64,000 nucleotides of DNA from Eledone cirrhosa (Eukaryota), in the NCBI GenBank assembly GCA_964016885.1, contig OZ024743.1, forward strand, positions 248,062,001-248,126,000, given 5' to 3'. The notes under the pieces were generated by a model. That model saw only the letters and a program-made list of their open reading frames with translations. It had not been told where the DNA came from and did not search any database. Of this stretch, positions 1 to 12,827 are shown piece by piece; the first letter of the stretch is position 1; every line of letters begins with the position of its first letter. The position numbers and the translations under genes are program-made.

Positions 1-1942
1 ACAGGAGTTACCTCCGCCTACTACACTTCACCAGTTGCGTCACTTCTTAGGCCTAATCAATTTCTATAGGCGTTTCATTCCTCATTGTGCTAATTGGCTA
101 TCTTCCCTTACTGACATTTTAAAAAATCGTCGTAAGAAGAATGAAGACATTTCCTTGACACAAGGACAGCTTCAGAACTTCCAGTCTGCCAAGACAGCAC
201 TCGCTAGTTCTTCTTTGCTAGCCCACCCGGTACCAGAGGCCAAGCTTTCGCTTTGTGTTGATGCATCTAATACCGCTGTGGGAGCAGTTTTACAGCAGTC
301 TTACGCTGAAAACCAACAACCTTTGGCATTTTTATCGAGGAAGTTGAAACCAGCAGAAACGCGTTATAGCACGTTTGGGCGGGAATTATTAGCCATATAT
401 CTGTCGGTGAAACATTTCTCTCATATTCTTGAGGGGAGAAATGTTACGGTTTTTACCGACCATAAACCGTTGACCTTCGCTTTGAGGGCCAAAGCCGACA
501 GATATTCGCCCAGAGAGACAAGGCACCTGGACTACGTTTCACAATTTACAAACGATATCCAGCACATTGCCGGCTCGCACAACATAGTTGCAGACGCATT
601 GTCACGTTTGCCAATTAGCTCCATCTCGTCATCCCAGGAGATCGACTTAGGTCGTTTAACTGCAGACCAACCTGCACTCCAATCGTTGGACACTCTTTCT
701 ACTGAATTTGCGACTTGCATTTTCAAATATCTGCCCTTGTCCACCACCGACAGGCAGATTCTATGTGATGTATCCGCTGATGCACGACGACCACTTGTTC
801 CTGAGACTCACCGTCGAATTGTGTTCCTGGCTTTGCACAACATTTCTCATCCAGGATCTGCTGCCACAGTTAAATTCATAACAGCCAGATTCTTCTGACC
901 AAATATGAGGCGCGACATTGCTGCTTGGTGCCGTTCCTGTATCGCTTGCCAGAAATCGAAGATCCATAGACACATCCGAACTCCACTTGGTACTTTCAGT
1001 ACTCCAGATGCTCGGTTCCAACACATCCACATTGACATCGTTGGACCTTGGCCATTCAGCAGTGGATATTCTTACATATTGACGTGTGTCGATCGTTTTT
1101 CAAGGTGGCCTGAAGCCATCCCTTTACAAGATATGACTGCTGAGACTGTAGCACGTGCCCTGGTATCAGGGTGGATTACCCGCTTTGTGGTACCAACTAC
1201 ACTCACCACAGACCGTGGTAGACAATTCGAGTCCCATCTCTTCTCTGAGCTCACAAAAATAATTGGAGCTCAACGGATTCGGACCACAACCTATCATCCT
1301 GCTTCAAATGGAATGGTGGAACGATTCCACCACCAATTAAAGGCCGCTCTTCGCGCCTATCCAGACTCTCAACGTTGGAGCGAGTACCTTCCTATTGTGT
1401 TATTAGGAATTCGGTCATCAATAAAGGAGGACCTTGGGTTCTCCACGGCCGAATTAATTTACGGTGCTCCTCTAGCGTTGCCTGGGCAAATGCTTGTCCC
1501 TGTTGATCTTGCTTTCCAAGATCCGCTTTCCTACGTATCCCATCTGCGTTCTTATTTTCAGGACCTGCCGCCGATGGATACGAGGAAGCAAACTGTAAAA
1601 CCTGCGGTCCCGAGGGATATTGCCTCGTGGACCCATGTGTTCGTAAGGAACGATGCTGTGAGACCACCCCTCACACAACCATACTCTGGACCCTACCGTG
1701 TGTTAGCACGCACTGACAAACATTTCACTGTAGACGTTAAGGGGTCCAGAGAGACAATTTCGGTGGATAGACTGAAAAGGCACACAATGACGCTCATACA
1801 CCGAGCCACAAATATCCCAATCTTTCTCTCTTGTGCATACACCTGCTCCTTCTGCCCCACCTTCACCTACATACAAGACTACGACCCGTTCCAGTCGGAG
1901 AGTCCACTGGCCCCAAAAGTTCTGCCAAACTATTTTTATGTG
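1..1942 (+). pseudogene. Ty3/Gypsy LTR retrotransposon pol (RT connection, RNase H, integrase), inactivated; 5' part outside window
   Basis: ORF 35-898 has LRHFLGLINFYRRFIP, DAS, ELLAI, TDHKPL and N.VADALSR (RNase H). An in-frame TGA at 896-898 replaces the W of FFWP. ORF 905 onward has the HHCC zinc finger, the HIDIVGP/TDRGRQF/NGMVER DDE core and a GPY motif. A frameshift follows VDRLK and the tail reads [10 protein letters not shown]...*. Confidence 0.95.
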
Positions 1943-2534
1943 AACTGGCCATTGGAGCCTTATATTTTTTTTTTCTTGCTGTTCTTGTTATTTATTGATT
2001 TATTGTATTACAATATACCTCTCATTACCATTTCACTGGATGTATATATATGTTTTTCGTTTCCTTTACAACGAACATTTTAAGCTATATTCTTCTATTT
2101 GCCGGTTTATAAATTTACCACGTAAATTTGCCGTTGAAAACCGCGCATTTGTTAAGAATGCTTATTTCTCTGGTCGCTGGCCTCTTGACTCTTCCAGGTC
2201 AACGCATTCACAACAGCAACAACTAAAACCAGCAGAACAAGCCAGACAATTTATTTCTGCAGCACTCTGCCTGTGAGAAATTCCCTTCGGAAGTTGGAAA
2301 TTTCATGTTATACCACAGACCAGAAACCACCTGCATTCATTCTCTGGAACACATTCTTTACTGCTGTCATGTGATTGCACACATGTTAACTGTATTTTAG
2401 ATATTTGAACTTTTGACCTCTTCTCGTACTTTTATTACTTTGTACCATAATTTTCATGCCTCTTACATTCTCGCCATCTTACTCCATGCATGCTTCTTTC
2501 GATTTTTATGTTTTAAAAATCTGGCGGGAGATAA

Positions 2535-2966
2535 TGTAGCAAGAGTTGCCTCCCTTGTCATGACAATCTCATCACCGCTCTCTAGACAGGAAGTAGCTGG
2601 AGTTGCTTCCCTTTGGGATTGACAGACTCCCTGTTGGTCACTTCCGGTCAACTCTTATAAAAGGAGCAGGTTACCACGATATCTCCCTCTTGCCTCCTGA
2701 TTTCTGAAGTGGTAACACCTGCGACCGTAGCTTGTGATGATTCCTTCTTGATGATCCTTCGTTACCAAGAACAATGCAATTTGCAGCCTGAGAACCTTAA
2801 GATGTTGATACCAGCCAGAAAAGATCTCTTCTTTTCTCTACCAACTTCAGCCTCGAGTTATGACCATCGAGTAACAAATCCTTAATATTTAATGCCTTTG
2901 ACTTCCATGAAGTAAAAACTTTATTATAACACACACACCGGTATTTACTGTCTTTTTTATGTTATA
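2535..2966 (+). mobile_element. 3' LTR of the Gypsy element
   Basis: Starts TGTAGC right after the purine tract ggcgggagataa and contains TATAAAA. Ends tgttata, the same terminus as the LTRs at 7209 and 9074. Confidence 0.8.
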
Positions 2967-3006
2967 TGTACACCGATACTAATCTCCTAAAAGTCTTTCA
3001 TGTTTC

Positions 3007-3009
<3 letters not shown>

Positions 3010-3096
<87 letters not shown>

Positions 3097-3107
3097 TCTC
3101 TCTCTCT
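3010..3107. repeat. (CT)n microsatellite
   Basis: Near-perfect CT dinucleotide run. Confidence 0.98.
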
Positions 3108-3170
3108 GTATGTAGTTCAACATCTTAAAAGTGACAAGTGCTGTTTAGGTTCGATACGTTTCCTTTAGAG

Positions 3171-3490
3171 AAGTCATGGGCAACCTGCGGCCCGCGAAGC
3201 TTTCTGAATGGCTCACCTAAGTCACCTAAATGAAATCTTTCTGATTTTTTAACCCCAACTTTTCAGTCGTTATTTATCTTTCTATCATTTTTACGATCGG
3301 GGAAAACAACGTGTACGAATTCTGAAGAAACAAATCAAAACAACCTGAGTTACCGCCCTTTTTTTAATGTGGGCACCAATGTAAATTAGCGTTTGCGGCC
3401 CGCCTGATGATAAGCCATATCTCATGCGGCCCACCTGATGATGAGCCATATCTCATGCGGCCCGCTTCTCAAAAAAGGTTGCCCATGCTG
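3171..3490. mobile_element. hAT (Charlie-like) MITE
   Basis: TIR core catgggcaacct/aggttgcccatg, perfect 8-bp TSD ctttagag at 3163-3170 and 3491-3498, and subterminal gcggccc repeats. Confidence 0.9.
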
Positions 3491-3899
3491 CTTTAGAGTT
3501 ATAATAATGATTTCTACTTTAGGCACATGGTCAGTAAGTTGGGGTTGGGGGTGAGAAATCAATCCAATCTACCCCAGTACTTGTCCTCATCCAATCTACA
3601 GGTGTATGTACAGAGCAGGCCTGTTTACTGGGACCATGCTCACTACTCTCATCCACCTTTCAACAAACTGGCTTCACTATCCACCCTGATTTTTCGGGCA
3701 AATAAAATTGGAAAAGGTTAATTAGGACCTCGTCTCTCCTCAACCCTTTCAATCTACCACACAACCTCTTTCACCATAACTACCAAACATATAGAAACTG
3801 CCTGCCCTTCTTGGCTGAAAGCCGGAGGCGATCTACACTGATAGCCGGATCCATTCATTAAAACGAAAAATGTTCATAGGCGTTCATTCATTTATACAT

Positions 3900-5010
3900 A
3901 TAACGCTAAAATGTTGAAGGTAGTTCAGTATCTATTTTCTATATAGAGTTCAAAGAGCAAAGATCAAGTCCAGTCCATAAGTTGACATTGTCAAGCCATC
4001 GTTTTGACTCCGGCATCTGCTTGTTACCAGCCAACCTTCCTTCCAGGCATAACCTACTCACACCACGAGTTGATCTTTTTTATATGGCCGTATAGTTTGA
4101 GTACTCTTGACTTGACAATTGATGTAGTTGGTTTAAGTTTGGTAATGTTGAGCAGCTCACTGATACAGATAAGGTCGCTGAGCCGCTTGCCAGTCATAAG
4201 TCTTATGATGTGGTTCTGGAATGTAGAGAGCTTCTGAAGTGACCTTGTCGTCCAATTAACACAGTCAAGACCATATAACACAACTAGTTGGATGTAAGTA
4301 TCAAAGATCTTAGCCTTCAAATGATAGGAAACTTGTTTTGATGTTAGTACTTCCTTGTTCTTGTTGAAAGCTGCCCAACCTAGAGCGATTCGATATTGCG
4401 TAGCAACCATTCCATTGTTGTTTGATAATAGTTGGTGACTGAGATATACAAACACCGTAACTTGAGCAATTTGCTGGTTGTAGATTGTGAGTTGGAGATT
4501 GGCATTGTTTTTATCAGTTATCATACATTTTGTTTTGGAAATGTTGATGTGTAAGCCAGCCTCCGGCGAATTTTTGACCAGTACATTCAGAAAGTCTTGC
4601 AGATCAGTTCTGGAGTAACTCATGATGGCCAGATCGCCTGCATAGCTAAGATTTGATAGGATTTTATCTCCTATCTAATGGCCAGAGGAGCGTTCTTCTT
4701 CAGTTTGGTAGATAAATGCAACTATAACTATACAGAAAAGAAGTGTTGATAGTACATCCCCCTGTTTAACTCCCTTCAAGATGTCTATACAGCATGTAGT
4801 TCCCAAGTCTGTTTTGATGTATGCTGTTGAGTTGGTGTAAGTTTCTTTCAATAGGTTGATGTATTTTTTGTTAATTGAGGTCTGGTTTAAGAGTTGCTTC
4901 AAGCTGGGTAGTATCACGTTGTAAAAAGCTATTATGAAATCAATGAAGGTAATGTGCACAGGGTTGTTGAATTCTATTGATTTCTCAATGATTTGTTCAA
5001 TAGCTAGGAT
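3900..5010 (-). mobile_element. Degenerate RTE-like LINE reverse transcriptase fragment
   Basis: ORFs 4675-5121 and 4054-4623 contain GVKQGDVLS.LLF, GLHINISKTK, FVYL, RIALGWAAF and LKLYGHI, with stops and frameshifts. The 3' boundary is approximate. Confidence 0.85.
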
Positions 5011-6070
5011 CTGCTGAATGATAATATATAGTAGCGCGTCTCCCTTGCCATCCTCCGGGGAAACGCCTTCTCCATTCTGTCCGCCGGGGCTGTGGGTGGG
5101 CCCCATCGCGTACCAATACATTAGTTAAATACCATTCTTTCATCTGATACAACACAATAAAGACTAAAGTGTCTCAAAAATTATGAGAGAGGTTTCCCAG
5201 TGCTCCTCGAGATATTGTTATATTTTGCTCTGGTAGCGGTTCTTTTGTTCACCCCTTTCGCCTGCCTTTTGTTGTGTGTGGTCCCAGATGTGTGTATTAC
5301 CTGCTTGTATGTTTTTCTTTTTTCCTTTCCCTTTTCTTTCTTTTTTCTCTTTTTATTTGTAATATTATGATGACGGTTATGCTGACAAATAAAATGTGAA
5401 AGTTGCAACTTATAAAACTGGAGGCGTAGAACAGTTCCATGGTTTTTCGTTATCTTTTTACTAGCGTCTACAAAAACTTGCATTCCACTTTTACACAGGA
5501 TGTTGATATTCAAGTATGTCATGGTCTATTTATACCTAAAATAAACTATATTAAAAAGGTGGATTTGGAGACTCACTTTAAAATACTTAAAATTTCCAAG
5601 GACCGGAAATTTTCACTAAGTTTGCTCGTTTCCGCTTTATGAAATATTCAAAAAACAAAATAAAACAACAACAACATCAAAAACACAAACAAACAAATAA
5701 AAATATCCAACGTTTGCATTTTGGGCGAAATAAAGTCTGTTAGGCGAGACTTCACAAAGAAATTTCTCTGTAATTGGATCTTTAGCAGAAGAATATAATA
5801 ATTGTTTCTACTTTCGGCACAAGGACAGCAAATACTCAGTACATTACTGGTACTTTATTGTATCGGCCTCATAAGGATGAAAGGCAAAGTTAATGTATTT
5901 ATCAACACGAATAATTATCATGATGTGTATTTGTTGTAACAGGAAAGGTGTGGTTTTGTTATATCAATACATGTAAGTTGAATTGAGATTCGGCTGTAAG
6001 TCTCAAGCTGTTGTTGCTGTGAATATAACTCTGGAAAGAATATTTCCATATCACATTTACGGGAAATGGC

Positions 6071-6459
6071 TGTGGTAAATAGCATCACAAGACTTTAGCA
6101 TGTTTTTTACCTAATTTATTAACAAAGGTTAAGAGGTGGATTAAGCTGGCATGCCAAAAGAAATGAAATAAACCAATTAAGATTGCAAGAGAAGGTACGG
6201 TCGACTGGCTGAGGCGTTGGTCAGGCCCGTAGTAATGTTTTGTCGTTACATATTGTTTGTGCTTGCGGAGCATAAGAATAATTGGTGTTTACCTAGCAAG
6301 GTCAAGCTGCAAGAGACAGATTTATGAATCGCCGCGGGAATTTTTCCCTCTGGGGCGGAAGTCGAGATACATTCTCCTACGCTGGCGGCAATTGGCTGAA
6401 CTGAGCGAAACAACGCACGGAGAATGTATCCATGAGCCCTTAGAATGTAGGTCACTACA
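6071..6459 (-). mobile_element. Solo-LTR-like element (TGTAGTGA...TTACCACA)
   Basis: The first ~130 nt on the minus strand align with 43571-43700 and both copies share the TG..CA termini. No TSD seen. Confidence 0.6.
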
Positions 6460-7208
6460 GATCAATTTTTCTTGTTTCCTTTTTTGAAGATTGGGGTTAT
6501 CACTCCCGATTGCTATCGCTTAGTTACCTTACCAGAGATCCAGGCCACCCGGCACACCAGATAATATCTTCTCTATTTAAGGCATTTAATGCCTCAGACC
6601 GAACTTCATCCTCCTCAGAATCTCTGCCTCATTAGTGCTCTTTAATTTCTCTTGTGACCTCAGCCTCCGAGAGGTTAGTCATTGCTCCCAAAATATGTTG
6701 TGGTCGGGTTTAGATCAACAAAGTATTCTCTTTACCTCGCGAGGATGCACTTCTTTGAAGAGAGGAGAATCCTTGACGCCCTTCTGATAACAGGCGTGGA
6801 GGAGGACTTCTTATTACAAAGTCGGCAGATGGTCTGTCAGAATACTTTATTTGCTGATTTGAAGTTGGATTCTAGCTTAAACCCAAAGTCCTCCCATGTG
6901 TTGACTTTGGACGCCGTTACTGACCCTACTGCGACTGAGAACATGGGGACGGTTTCGCTACATCTGCTAATCTGTCAAATTCGGTACAATTCGACACAGT
7001 TCTAAAACCAAAGGAGTTGGAATATCGGTGTTGAACCTGTATTCTTCTTTGATTGCACTCTTCTCAGTGCTACATAATGATGTTCATGCGAGAATAGCGA
7101 TGTTGGCAGGGCTGTCACTACCATTAAAGCAAACTAGGCAGTCACCTATGGCTCAAACCTCAGCGAGGGCGCATTGCTCAACCTTAAAGGACCACATCTC
7201 TATACGTC

Positions 7209-9558
7209 TATAACAGGACACTGGGTTGTATGTACAATGTTTATTTAACAAGGTTGAGCTATGTAGAGCAGAATAGTTGACATGCCAAGAAAGATGAAAG
7301 GATGAATTAAAGTTAGTTGTTTACCGTTTGAAGTCAGCGCGCAAGAGACCAAGAGGTCTTTACATTACCATGTTCAGGTTGCCAGAAAGTATACCCTCGG
7401 CGGAACGTGCCTGGCCGAAGGGCCAGGCAGGTTAAAAGAGAGGGAGATAGCTTTCAGCTCTCTCGTTTTATAGTTCCCTGGACGGAAGTTCCTAAGGAGG
7501 TTCTGCCACCTCAACGGGAAGTAACTCCAGCTACCTCCTGTCTAGAGAGCGCTACTAGTGATGTGATCGTCATAACAAGGGAGGCAACTCTTGCTACATT
7601 ACCCCCCCCCCCCCCCGCCAGATTTTTAAAACATAAAAATCGAATCAACCATGTATGTAGAAAAACCGATTAGCAACCAGCAAAAATCCCAAACCAAGGA
7701 GCAATCAGCCCAACCGAGCATGAAGGGCACAACAAATTTCAAAAATATATATTAAAAAAGCATGCAAGAACGTGAAAGGATATCAAGGAAGCCAACCGCT
7801 CTTGGCCAGAGAACGACTGGACATCTATCTATCCATCACACAAAGATACAATGTAATCAACCTAAGAAGAGGTCAAAGGAGCAAAGAAACGTGCTCGAAC
7901 ATAGTTGTTTTTTTTTTTAAAGTTCAAATGTTCAAAAATAAAGTTAACATGACAGCAGGAAAGAGAGTGTATCACCAAGAGAATATATGCAGGTGGTTTC
8001 TGGACTGTGGTACAACGTGAAATTCCCAACCTCCGAAGGCGGTGGGATTTTCTCACAGGAAGAGTACTGCAAAAATAAATTCTGTGTTTTGTTCTGCTGG
8101 TTTTGGTTGTTGATAAAGCAAAGATGAAGCTGTGTTGTTGTTGTCTCGCGGAGTGAGCCTATTCGATGTTGTTTCAATTCACAGTAAAAAGTTTCCCAGA
8201 AAAAATGAGTTGCGCAAAGTGCTAGAAATAACAGCCAAAGTTGATGGTCGATGTTGAGAACGCGTTGACCTGGAAGGGTCAAGAGGCCAGCGACCAAAGA
8301 AATAAACATTCTGAATAAATGCGCAGTTTTCAACGGCAAATTTACGAGGTAAATTTCTAAACCGGCAAATAGGAGAATATAGCTTAAGGCTGGAGAATCC
8401 TATGGCGTGTGTTATCTCAGTGAGTCTAGGTGTGTACTCCCACACGTACCGAAACAAGGTTAAAGTCAAGTTGAAAGAAAAATATTTCTATTGAGCGAGA
8501 AAATGGCGCGAAAATGATAGTGCAAGAAGTCGTTGGCAGCCATTTTGAAAAATGTGTGTGTGAACGTGATAATATGATGAAAAAGAAGGAATAGCTATAT
8601 TCACTTTGTATATGGTGGGCATGCAATGTTTTTTTGTTTTTTTTTTAAAGTGATGAAAAAGTAGCGAAAAAGGCTTAGTTGAATGAGTAAGCGAGCTGTG
8701 ATGTTCATCAAAATTGACATGTTGAATATAAGAATACAGGAATCCAAGTCTTTTTGAGTGTTCGTTGTGAGACGGACGAAGGATATATCCAGTGATTGAA
8801 ACACATTTAAACGATGTAAACACGTGAGGTGAAAAGCAAAATTTTTTCTTGTTTGTTTGCTGTTGAGGAAAAGATTACTTATATTTTTTGTTGTAGACAG
8901 TTTCGGAGAAAAAAATCCATGTGGAATATTGTAGAAAAAATGTTGTAGAAAAAATCCATGTGGAATGTTGTTAGAGGAATTTTTTATTTTTGAAATACTA
9001 ATTAATTTTTTTTTTTTTTTTTTTATATTCACACAACACTAGATCCTATTATTTTTTTCTCGGGGTCACCAATTATAACAGGGACACTGGGTTGTATGTA
9101 CAATATTTATTTACGAAGATTGAGCTGAGTAGAGCTGAATAGTTGACATGCCAAGAGAGATGAAAGGATGAATTAAGGAATTCAGAAGACACGGTCCACT
9201 GGCTAAAGTGTTGCCAGGCCGTGGTTATTGTTGTGTTACATGTTGGCTAGTGATTTCACCACGAAAGAAAGTTAGTTGTTTACCGTTTTGAAGTCAGTGC
9301 GCAAGAGACCAAGAGGTCTTTACATTACCATGTTCAGGTTGCCAGAGAGTATACCCTCGGCGGAACGCGCCTGGCCGAAGGGCCAGGCAGGTTAAAAGAG
9401 AGGGAGATAGTTTTCAGCTCTCTCGTTTTATAGTTCCCTGGACGGAAGTTCCTAAGAAGGTTCTGCCACCTCAACGGGAAGTAACTCCAGCTACTTCCTG
9501 TCTAGAGAGCGCTACTGGTGATGTGATCGTCATAACAAGGGAGGCAACTCTTGCTACA
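7209..9558 (-). mobile_element. Non-autonomous two-LTR retrotransposon (LARD/TRIM-like) related to the Gypsy element
   Basis: 5' LTR 9074-9558 and 3' LTR 7209-7598 are near-identical apart from a ~90 bp indel. PBS TGGTGACCCCG at 9061-9071 and G-run PPT at 7602-7619. 4-bp flanks cgtc/cgcc. No gag/pol-like ORF inside. Confidence 0.88.
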
Positions 9559-9850
9559 CGCCTTTGTATGATTAAATGAAATATATAATTGTTTCTACGT
9601 TAGGCACAAGGCCAGCAAATACTCAGTACATTACTGGTACTTTATTTTATCGACCCCGTAAAGATGAAAGGCAAAGTTAACCTTGGCGGGATTTGAACTC
9701 AGAATGTCTATACGTATTTGTATAACTAAATGAAATATATAATAATTTCCTACTATCAATAAATATATCACTAAACATATTTGTAATATAGCAGCGTTGT
9801 GGAAATATCAAAAGGGGTGAAGAGAGCCATATAGTGTTGTGGCCTGTCAT

Positions 9851-10426
9851 ATGACTTGACACGAGTGAGTGTGGAGTGTATAGTGGAAAATGCAAGCATA
9901 GTAATTTTCTTAGTGTGGTCAGATCAAGAAGTGGTAAGACATATGTAACCTTAACGTAGTCGTCAGAGATATTCAACGCGACACTATGTGATAAAACTGA
10001 CACATTGAATTACAGGTACAACTCATTGTTTGCAGACAGAGTGAACTGATTTTAAATAAAGTGTCTTGCTCAAGGATACATGCATCAGCTTACGAAACTA
10101 TTATATTTAGGATAACGGGGCGCATTTCTATCCTTGGGTGCTAAATCTCCAATCTTATCCAGAGAATCACTCTGAGGCTTTTTAGTGGTGATGGCGAGTG
10201 CAAGTTTCACAGAAACTACTTCTTTCGAACCTCAAAGGAAAACTCCGACTCTTTGCTAATATGATGTATCTTAGGCAGGAATAGTTGGCGATCTACAAAT
10301 CACCTCTTAGCTGTTTTACCCCCAACAACATAAGATTGGTTATGATATACTGTGTCCCGTTTCAATGGCCATTTGTGGACTTTAGAGTGTGCTGCAGAAT
10401 TATCGAAGCCTATGTGTCTTTGTGTG

Positions 10427-10483
<57 letters not shown>

Positions 10484-11349
10484 TGTGTGTGTATTGGACT
10501 TCCGTCAATTTTAATGATTAGTGAAATTGAAGTTTGAAATTTCATATTAGATAATACTATTAATTGAAAAATACGTAAGTGGACGTAACATTTTTGTGTG
10601 TTCTTAAAATTATTCTTCCGCGATATCATTTTTGAGCGCGCGCGTGCGTGTATGTCTCCGTGTCCATGAAAATACTTAATTGCGTTAAAGTAGGTAAAAG
10701 GGAAATAACTTTTTAAAGGGACGTGACTCTGATCAACCTTAGCTGTTTGATTAATAGATATCCGGTAAATGAGTACCAGACTAAGTACTGGGGTGAATAC
10801 TTATAAAGGCGATCCTTAGCATGACCGTAATCCAGTGCCTGCAATCTGTAAAAGAATAAACTGTCATAGTCTTAGACCCCCGCATAATATACATAGCACT
10901 GATTGAATATCATTAATAGATCTTTTTTGCAGAATGCTCCGTTCACACACACACATACGAAACAACAAGAGAACCTCCAACCTTAACTAAGCATATGCCT
11001 CGTGTATAGACGCAATATATCCAACACATTGGACGAGATATTTTCATTTTTTCCAAGGGATATCTATAGTCAATGATATCCCATTTGTCAACGTAGCTGT
11101 TGTAAATACTGTTCAAAGTTATTCAACCGTACGTCATTGTATTTCTACAAAATAAACAAGCTTCCATTAATGACTTGACACGAGTGAGTGTGGAGTGTAT
11201 AGTGGAAAATGCAAGCATAGTAATTTTCTTAGTGTGGTCAGATCAAGAAGTGGTAAGACATATGTAACCTTAACGTAGTCGTCAGAGATATTCAACGCGA
11301 CACTATGTGATAAAACTGACACATTGAATTACAGGTACAACTCATTGTT
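9851..11349 (+). repeat. 180-bp direct repeat (9851-10030 and 11170-11349)
   Basis: atgacttgacacgagtgag...caactcattgtt occurs twice and appears identical by eye. Confidence 0.92.
10429..10492. repeat. (GA)n(GT)n microsatellite
   Basis: Dinucleotide runs. Confidence 0.97.
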
Positions 11350-11676
11350 GCGCAGATTAGAATGTGAGTACTACCGAGTGTCTGCACATATAATGATTAT
11401 ATCAATAGTCTCATAGAGTTCATCTCTGCAAAAATCGTGTTTACAAGAACAACTTTATAAACACATTACTTCAATTCGCTAAAATAATAAATATATTTTT
11501 TCATTGATTCTAAGATAGAATTGTTTAATAAATTAAACCACTATTATGTATTGCATAATTTTCGTAATTTTATTAAATCTAAAAATATAGCAACTTGCGT
11601 GGTTGTTCACAGGAAGCTCCTGCACGCCAACTGGCTGCAGTAGGTATATCCAGTTAAACATTCTCTCAGTATCAAA

Positions 11677-12615
11677 ATGGCTGACCTCGAGAATATGGAG
11701 AATATCGCGGAGGCTATAAGATTAACTCAAAAAATACGAGCTAGTGTTTCCCGAACCTTTTCAGATTTATCAAATGGGTTTCACAACTCACAAGGAATTG
11801 AGAAAAAATGTCTTAATGAGCTACAGAAGTCTTTATTAGCAATCAATAATGATTATATGTATGTGTTTTCTTTTGTTATTTTTAACATGTGCTGTATATG
11901 TTTTTTACGTATCTTGTTTCATTATTTGTTTATTAAATGTTTATTAATTTGTTGATGCTATGTATTAACTTAAATCTCCTAATCTATTGACAGTGTGAGC
12001 TTTCTTTGTATTTCCATTATTTCATGTAGTTCCCGAACATTTTATTGCGGAACCCTTATACGATTTTCCAAAAATCCCTGATCCCACACCTAAAGTTTAT
12101 GAACAAAACCATACCACTAATTTAAAAAAGACATTAAATGAACCAAACATTGTTTTAGAGAGAGAATTCATTCAAATTATAAAGAAAAACATAATAAATT
12201 TTTGTTAAATTTTATCATAATACTGATCTAAGTTATTTTTAAATACCAAATCAAGGATTTAAAAACTAGAATTAGTTACGTGTACATTTTAATACTAGAT
12301 GGGATTATACAATTACATAGAACGTTTCATAATTGTACCTGCATTGTCAGTTATTGAATCTACTGGAGACGTGGAAGCTTTTGCTTAATTAAGTTGGTAG
12401 TCACCGATTTCATAGAGATTAAATGTATTAAATTAAATCGCAAAATATGTCGGTGTGCGTTCATATCATTTGCATGTCAAAAAATTTAAGTTTTCCTTTT
12501 TCATACGCACACAAGCAAAAACCTGTCTGTAGAATGGTATTTTTGCTAATATATATTATTTGTGAAAATTGTACTTAGAATAAAAAAAAAAGCATACACT
12601 GTTAAATGTAATGGA

Positions 12616-12648
<33 letters not shown>

Positions 12649-12778
12649 TATATAGTTTGTGGTGATAAGACTGAGGACACCACTAATTATGTCAGTACTC
12701 GATACATGGGGAAATGTATAGTGGGTATAGAGATATGTAAAATGGCGCGGTGGTCCGGATTTTACATCTCTCTCTCTT

Positions 12779-12827
<49 letters not shown>

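Noticed and set aside
896-898. Programmed readthrough in pol
   Set aside because: The TGA replaces a conserved Trp (FFWP) inside the integrase zinc finger and a later frameshift exists, so simple decay is more likely.
6460-7204. Possible decayed coding or LINE sequence
   Set aside because: Composition is coding-like but I found no motif I can assign.
11859-11955. Hydrophobic C-terminus of ORF 11677-11955
   Set aside because: Read-through into MED27 intron 1 past the gtatgt donor.
12671-12725. CTGAGGA...GAAA match in MED27 intron 1
   Set aside because: No convincing stem I or stem II.
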